NCBI GenBank assembly: GCA_040752415.1
Contig: JBFMGU010000198.1
Span: 1-20,087, forward strand
From: Myxococcota bacterium
Lineage (GTDB): Bacteria; Myxococcota; JACRCW01
Reading direction: 5' to 3'
DNA: 20,087 nt
A program made the translations under genes and the position numbers. A model generated the notes under the pieces. That model was not told the DNA's origin, ran no database searches, and was given only the letters and a program-made list of their open reading frames with translations. Position 1 is the stretch's first letter. Each line of letters opens with the position of its first letter. This document shows, in pieces, positions 7,291 through 13,600 of the stretch.

Positions 7291-10287
7291 TCAGGGTGGA
7301 GCGCTGGCGTAGACCACCACGTACTCGAAGCGCGCGCCGACGTTGAGGGAGTACAGACCCATGACGCCGGTGAAGTCGGCGGCGGGAGGTGGGGCGGGGG
7401 CGGCCACCGGGAGACCTCCCGTGATGCAGGTCAGCGCGGACCCCACGCGCATGTGGAGCGAGCGGTGCGTGTAGCAGGAGAAATCATACGCGTACCGGGT
7501 GCCGAGCACGGTGCGGTTGGCCAACTCTCCGCTGGCAAGCTGGACAAAGGAGTCAAACAGCTCACAGTGCACCGGTGGCGCGCCCGCGCGCTCCGCCCAG
7601 ATCCCTGCCACCCACGGGCGAGTGTTGGTGGAGGAGCCCCGCCGGACCATCATGGTCTCCACCACGTACTCCGTCGCCGGCGGGGCCACCGGGTGGGTAG
7701 CCCGCGCCACATCCAACCCGGTCTGCACCGCGCCCTCCAGGCTGCCGCGCCACGTCCCGGACTCCATCAACCACCCCGACAAACCGCCCACCATGGGATC
7801 AAAGAACGCAATGACGTCCCTGTCGTCGGGGTTGGGGTCGCAGGCGTTGCCCACGCCGTCGGGAGTGGACTCCGTGTCGTCGGTCTGGAGCGCGTTGGGC
7901 GTCGCCGGGCAGTTGTCGCAGACGTCCCCCACGCTGTCGACGTCCTCGTCGTGCTGGTCCGGATTGCTGACTTCCGGGCAGTTGTCGCACGCGTCACCCA
8001 CGCCGTCGCCGTCAACATCGTTCTCATCCGCCGGGGAGGCCCTCCGCGGACACGGGTCCGAGGCGTTGGAGATGCTGTCTCCGTCGACGTCCGGGTCGCA
8101 CGCGTCGCCGACGCCGTCGCCATCCATGTCGGTGTTGGCGGGGTGGTACGTGAACGGGCAGAGGTCGCAGGCGTCCTGGATGCCGTCGGCGTCCTGGTCG
8201 GATTCCTCGCTGGGCCCGGGGCAGCGGTCGCACGCGTTGCCCACGCCGTCGCCGCTGTTGTCCTCCTGCAGCGGGTTGGCCACCGCGGGGCAGTTGTCCA
8301 CGTCGTCGGGGATGCCATCCTCGTCGTCATCCACGGAAGCGAAACCCGCCCGGCGGTTGGCGTTGATCTCCTCCGGCTTGAGCGCGCGGTCGTAGATGGC
8401 CACCAGGTGCAGGTGCCCCTTCCACTGCCGGTCCATGGTGACCTCGTTGGCCAGCAGCACCTGGTAGTCCGCCTGCCAATCCTCCAGCGGCGCGGAGACC
8501 TCCAGGCGGTTCACCAACACGCCGTCCACGTAGACGCGCTGCTCGTTGTTGGAGAACGCCATCACCAGGTGGTGCAGCCCAGTGGTCATGCCCGGCGCCT
8601 CCAGGGTGGGGCATGAGCCGTTGTCGCCGGTATCCGGCGTCCGCATCCGCGTCGCCACGTCGTCGCCATCCTGACCCAGCGTGAAGTTCCGCTCCGCCGT
8701 GTCCTTGGAGAAGCTGACAATGCGGGCGGGGCCGTTCTGCGTCAGGTTGTCCGCGGTGACCCAGGCTTCCACCGTCAGCTCACGGGAGGCCATCACCGCC
8801 GTGACGAGTCGCTCGGCGGGGGGCACCAATTCGGCGGAGCCTGCCGAGGACACCACTGCCATGTCCCCCACCACCATCAGGCCGCGGGGCGTGCGGAGCA
8901 CCTGCGTGGCGTCGTTGATCTCGAGGTCGATGGGAGGGAGCACGCCGGAGGTGTCCGCCACCCTGAGATCCTCCGGGCTGTCGTCGAACGTGTAGAGCGC
9001 CTGCAGGCCGTCGGAGGTCCGGTCGGGCGGGGTGGTCACAAGCACGGAGTTGCTGGGGAGCGAAGCGCCGGCCGGGTTGAACGCGGAGACCTGGTACTCG
9101 TACTCGGTGGCCGGCGCGAGACCGAGGTCGACGACGCGCGTGACGTCCCGCTCCGTGGTGAGCACGTTCTCCCACGTCCCGCCCACGGGACGTCGATCCA
9201 CCTTGAACCCCTCCTCGTCGGCGCTGTTGTCCTCGAACGTGAGCAGCACGCGATCATGGAATGCAGCGTGGGCGGTGAGCGCACCGGGCGGGGCCGGCAC
9301 CACCGGTCCTCCCGCGGAGCTGCTGGACGACGACGTGCTGGAGCTGGACCCACCGGAGCCGCTGCTGGAACTGCCCCCGCACACCCCTTCCGTCGCCAGG
9401 CCGCCCGGGCCCGACGGCGGGTCGTTGCTTGTGCTGAGGGCGATCTTGTCCAGCCACGTGCCGGATTCCCGCATGCGGATGAACAGCGTGTGCAGACCCG
9501 CGTCCAGCGGGATCACCGTGTGCACCCAACCCCACGCGCCAACCGTGGTCGCCACGTCGACGTCGGAGCTGCTCTCCGTGCCCACCCAGAAGCTGTCGGT
9601 GCTGCCGTCATGACCTTGTGCCAGCAGGTGGACCTCCACCGGGCCGTCGCCTTTGACGTCGAGGTCGTAGGTCAGGAACGCGTCGGAGGCATCCCACGCG
9701 CTCCCCGGCGTGAACATGTACGCACCCTGGGAAGCCTCCGCCGACTCCGCCCGCTCGAACGGACCGGAGAGGAGCGCATAGCCCTCTGCCTCCAGGAACG
9801 TGTACGGCGTGGCCAGGTCCACCTCGTAGCGTGGGAAGGCGCACCCGCTGCTGCTCGCGGATGACGACGACGACGTAGAGGACGCGCTGCTGGACGTGGA
9901 GCCGGTGCTGCTGCTGGCCGCAGAAGAGGAAGAAGAAGACGTAGTCCCCACGGACGAGCTGCTGGTGCTTCCGCTGGACGCGGATGACGACGTCAGGGTG
10001 GAGGACGCGCTGGAGCCTGACGACGAGCTGGTGGACGCGGAGGTGGCAGCGCCCGACGAGGACGACGCGGAGCTGGACACCACGCCACTCGAGGAGCTGG
10101 ACGACTCCACACCCAACACGCACTCGCCGGCTTCACAGGTCTCGGCGCGGGTGCAGTCCTCGACGGAGTTGCACAGGCGGATGCAGCGCCCGTCGCGGGA
10201 GACCTCGTTTTCCTCACACGTGACGCAACCGCTGAAGAGGCGGACTGCAAGCGCAACCACCGCGACCGCCCGGATTCCTTGCCCCAT
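7291..10287 (-). CDS. Modular lipoprotein: Cys-rich module, poly-Ser linker, CBM6/35-like domain, FN3, LamG/ConA-like domain, TSP3 repeats, C-terminal beta-sandwich
   Basis: ATG 10287 is preferred over TTG 10323 and gives MGQGIRAVAVVALAVRLFSGC (lipobox-like). CBM-like: LEAE...LDAGLHTLFIRMRESGTWLDKI. FN3: GLAPATEYEYQVSAFN. LamG: LTVEAWV...VYVDG...VAIYDRAL. Six DxDxDGxG[DN]AC-type repeats. Confidence 0.85.
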   Translation of the reverse strand: MGQGIRAVAVVALAVRLFSGCVTCEENEVSRDGRCIRLCNSVEDCTRAETCEAGECVLGVESSSSSSGVVSSSASSSSGAATSASTSSSSGSSASSTLTSSSASSGSTSSSSVGTTSSSSSSAASSSTGSTSSSASSTSSSSSASSSGCAFPRYEVDLATPYTFLEAEGYALLSGPFERAESAEASQGAYMFTPGSAWDASDAFLTYDLDVKGDGPVEVHLLAQGHDGSTDSFWVGTESSSDVDVATTVGAWGWVHTVIPLDAGLHTLFIRMRESGTWLDKIALSTSNDPPSGPGGLATEGVCGGSSSSGSGGSSSSTSSSSSSAGGPVVPAPPGALTAHAAFHDRVLLTFEDNSADEEGFKVDRRPVGGTWENVLTTERDVTRVVDLGLAPATEYEYQVSAFNPAGASLPSNSVLVTTPPDRTSDGLQALYTFDDSPEDLRVADTSGVLPPIDLEINDATQVLRTPRGLMVVGDMAVVSSAGSAELVPPAERLVTAVMASRELTVEAWVTADNLTQNGPARIVSFSKDTAERNFTLGQDGDDVATRMRTPDTGDNGSCPTLEAPGMTTGLHHLVMAFSNNEQRVYVDGVLVNRLEVSAPLEDWQADYQVLLANEVTMDRQWKGHLHLVAIYDRALKPEEINANRRAGFASVDDDEDGIPDDVDNCPAVANPLQEDNSGDGVGNACDRCPGPSEESDQDADGIQDACDLCPFTYHPANTDMDGDGVGDACDPDVDGDSISNASDPCPRRASPADENDVDGDGVGDACDNCPEVSNPDQHDEDVDSVGDVCDNCPATPNALQTDDTESTPDGVGNACDPNPDDRDVIAFFDPMVGGLSGWLMESGTWRGSLEGAVQTGLDVARATHPVAPPATEYVVETMMVRRGSSTNTRPWVAGIWAERAGAPPVHCELFDSFVQLASGELANRTVLGTRYAYDFSCYTHRSLHMRVGSALTCITGGLPVAAPAPPPAADFTGVMGLYSLNVGARFEYVVVYASAPP
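7815..8330 (-). repeat. Thrombospondin type-3 Ca-binding repeats (6 C-type units) within the lipoprotein
   Basis: From DDDEDGIPDDVDNCPAVANPLQEDNSGDGVGNAC through DNCPATPNALQTDDTESTPDGVGNAC; boundaries approximate. Confidence 0.85.
9847..10104 (-). repeat. Low-complexity Ser-rich linker (~86 aa)
   Basis: SSSSSSGVVSSSASSSSGAATSASTSSSS...SSSSSASSS with mixed Ser codons. A second short Gly/Ser linker lies at about 9307-9378. Confidence 0.9.
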
Positions 10288-10351
10288 GAGGAGAAGCGGA
10301 CGCCAGCGTGGGGGGCTTGTCAAGGCGCGCGTCGTCGGGGACGCGTCCGGC

Positions 10352-10558
10352 TCACTGCGGCGTGGCGTGGTAGCCGGCGTCCTCGATCGCGGCCACCACG
10401 GCGTCGGGGCCGGGCAGGTTGGCGCCTTCCACCTCCGCCTGACCCTGCCCCAGGTCCACGCGCACCTGCTCCACGCCCGGCAGTCCCTTCACCGCCCTGG
10501 TGACGTGCTTGACGCAGTTCTCACAGCTCATTCCTTCCACCTTGAAAACCTTCTTCAT
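10352..10558 (-). CDS. copZ: Heavy-metal-associated (HMA) domain chaperone, CopZ-like
   Basis: 68 aa, MKKVFKVEGMSCENCVKHV...AIEDAGY, with the GMxCxxC motif. GGGAG RBS lies 8 nt upstream of ATG 10558. Confidence 0.92.
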   Translation of the reverse strand: MKKVFKVEGMSCENCVKHVTRAVKGLPGVEQVRVDLGQGQAEVEGANLPGPDAVVAAIEDAGYHATPQ

Positions 10559-10688
10559 GACGTTGCTCCCGTTGACAGCTTGCCAAATCAAACACTAGTC
10601 ACGCCGCCCACTTCCCGGGCGTACGCGCGGTTTTCAGCCGCGGGCCCCCTCGAGCGGGGTGCCAACCACCCGGAAATGCGGTCCAGAC

Positions 10689-13600
10689 ATGACCACCATG
10701 CGTGCCTATCGCGGGACCTTCCCGCTCCTGATTGCCGGTTTGATGGGGTGCAACGCTCCCAGTTGCAAGCCCCCTTTTGATTTCCCTCGTCCCGCGCCCC
10801 CAGGCGTACCCATCTCCGGGACGGTGGTCATCAAGTCCAACCTGCGGCCCGTGCTCCCCAAGGAGGCCGAGCCCGCGCCGCCAATCACCGAGCAGGAAGA
10901 CAACAACCCGCCGCTCTTCCATGACGTGGGCGTGCTGGAGCCGGACACCGCGGGCATCACCATCACCGGCGCCATGAATGCCTCCACGGACCTGCGTGAC
11001 CGGTTCGTCTTCCGCCTCTCCCGCCCCGCGTCCGTCACCGTGACGCTGCGCAAGACCGGTGGCGGTGGCACCGTGAACACGTTCCTGGCCGACGGAGAGC
11101 AGCTTGCCGACGACGGGAGCAACTACCTGGCCGTGGAGCCGCTGGACGGCGTCACCGCCACCGGCTTCACGCGCGTGCTCACCAAGGCGGGCAGCCCCTA
11201 CCTGGTGCACATGCGCTACCTGGATGACACCGGCGACATCTCCTACGAGCTCACGCTGACCGCCACCGCGGGTGTCGTCGTGGGGAAGGTCTACGTGGGC
11301 GCGTACGAGGATGCGCGGCCCGCCTACCTGCCCGACCCGCTGGGCAACGCGAAGAGCCCGCTGGGCGGTGCGCAGGCGGTGCTGGAGACGTCGCTGCAGG
11401 CCAACGGTGACCTCGTGGGGCACTTCCGGGAGCTGCGCGTCCCGGCGGACCGCGCGTATTTCCTGTTCGCCTACGCGGACAATGACGGGAGCAACTCCAG
11501 CGCGCCCCTCAACTTTGCCGCGGGAACGCCCCCCATGGACCCCGACTTTGCCGCGCGGGAGACGGTGCGCGTGGAGGTGGGGCGCAGCGCGGTGGACAAC
11601 GTCGAGATCGTGATCGACAGCCCCATCACGGACCCGGACTGGGACGGCGTCTCCGACCTGGACACCAACGGCGACGGCCTCCCCGACGACAACTGCCCCC
11701 TCTCGCCCAATGAGGCGCAGGCCGACCTGGACACCGACGGCGTGGGCGACGCGTGCGACAACTGCCCGGACACCTACAACCCCGCGCAGGACAACACCGA
11801 CGGCGTGGGGCGTGGGGACGCGTGCAACAGCGTTCCTCCCGGCAGCGCCACCCTGCCGGCCTGTCCGTTCCTCTTCAACCGCCAGCTCCGCGACTGCGCC
11901 CTGGACTCCGACGGCGACGAGTATGACGACTTCCACCTGGAATGCCCGGTGGACACGCCGTGCCCGCACGCCGAGCTGGTGAAGGTCATCAACGACACCT
12001 GCCCGGACACCAACTCCCCCGTGCAGGATGACAACGACGGCGACGCCGCGCTCACCGAAGGCGCCAACCTGGTCCCCGGCACCGGCGGCGACCCGTGCGA
12101 TCCCGACGACGACAACGACGGCATTCCCGACGACGCCGACGCGCAGACCACCGAGCCGCGTCCCTGCGCCGGCGGCGCCTCCGCGAACTGCGACGACAAC
12201 TGCCCGCTGCTGGCCAACGTGGACCAGGCGGACCGCGACAACGACGGCGTGGGCGACGTGTGCGACGTGTGCCCCGACAACCACGACCCCGGCCAGGCCG
12301 ACAGCAACGGCGACGCGCGCGGGGACGCCTGCTCCACCGACGACGACGGTGACGGCCTGTGCGACGACGCCAGCGTGTCGGGCGGCTGCGCGGGCGTGGA
12401 CAACTGTCCCACGGTGGCCAACCCCGACCAGCTGGACCGCGACGGCGACGGGCTCGGGGATGCCTGCGACAACTGCCCGGAGAACGCCAACGGCGGCGTG
12501 GGAGCGGGCGGCCAGGTGGACCGCGACAACGACGGCGTGGGCGACCTCTGCGACAACTGCGCCGACGACGCCAACCCCGGCCAGGAGGACTCGGACGCCG
12601 ACGGGCCCGGTGATGCCTGCGACCCGGATTCCGACGGAGACGGCGTGGCCGCCGACGGGGATGGCAGTGGTGTGGCGGGGGATGGTCGCTGCGCCACTGG
12701 CAACACCACCGGCTGCGACGACAACTGCGCCGACGTGCCCAATCCCGACCAGGCCGACACCGATAACGACGGACTGGGCGACGCCTGCGACAACTGCGCG
12801 CGCGTGGCCAACGCCAGCCAGACCACCCAGGCCGACCGCGACGGCGACGGCGTGGGCGACGATTGCGACATCTGTCCCCTGGTGGCCAACCCGCCGCCGG
12901 CCTGCAACGCCTCCAACGCCGCCTTCGCGTGCCTGAACGCGGGCGAGTGCGACGTGGACCTGGGGATGTGCACGCAGCAGCTGGATACCGACCAGGGCGT
13001 GGGCACGCCGCCCGACGGTCGCGGCGACGCGTGTGATCCCGACGACGACGACGACGGCATCCTGGACGACGGCGACCAGAGCGGCAGCACCAGCGACAAT
13101 CCCTGCACCGCCGGCGCCACCACCAACTGCGACGACAACTGCCCGCTGCTGGCCAACGCCGACCAGGAGGACCAGGATGCCGATGGCGTGGGCGACGCGT
13201 GCGCCACCGACGACGACCAGGACGCCATCCCGGACGCCTCCGACAACTGTCCCGGCGTGGCCAACCCCTCGCCGGAGTGCAGCAGCAACGAGGTGTGCTC
13301 CGCCGTCAACGCCGGCACCTGTGCGGCCAGCGGCTACTGCACCGGCCAGGCGGACCTGGACAACGACGGCGTGGGCGACGCGTGCGACCGCTGCCCCGGC
13401 GCGCTCGACGCGCGACCGGCGTGTGAGGCGGACGCGGACTGCGCCGCGGTGGGCGCGGGAAGCTGCCTGGCGGGTCGCTGCACGCGCGCGGTGGACCAGG
13501 ATGATGACGGCGTGGGCGACGCGTGTGACCTCTGTCCCACCGACGCCGACCCCGCCCAGTCCGACGCGGACGCGGACCTGGTGGGCGACGCCTGCGACAC

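Noticed and set aside
10572..10600. Perfect TTGACA on the + strand in an AT-richer patch, and TAGTGT on the - strand upstream of copZ
   Set aside because: Neither has a matching partner box at 16-18 bp, and no convincing CueR or CsoR inverted repeat is present, so no promoter was called.
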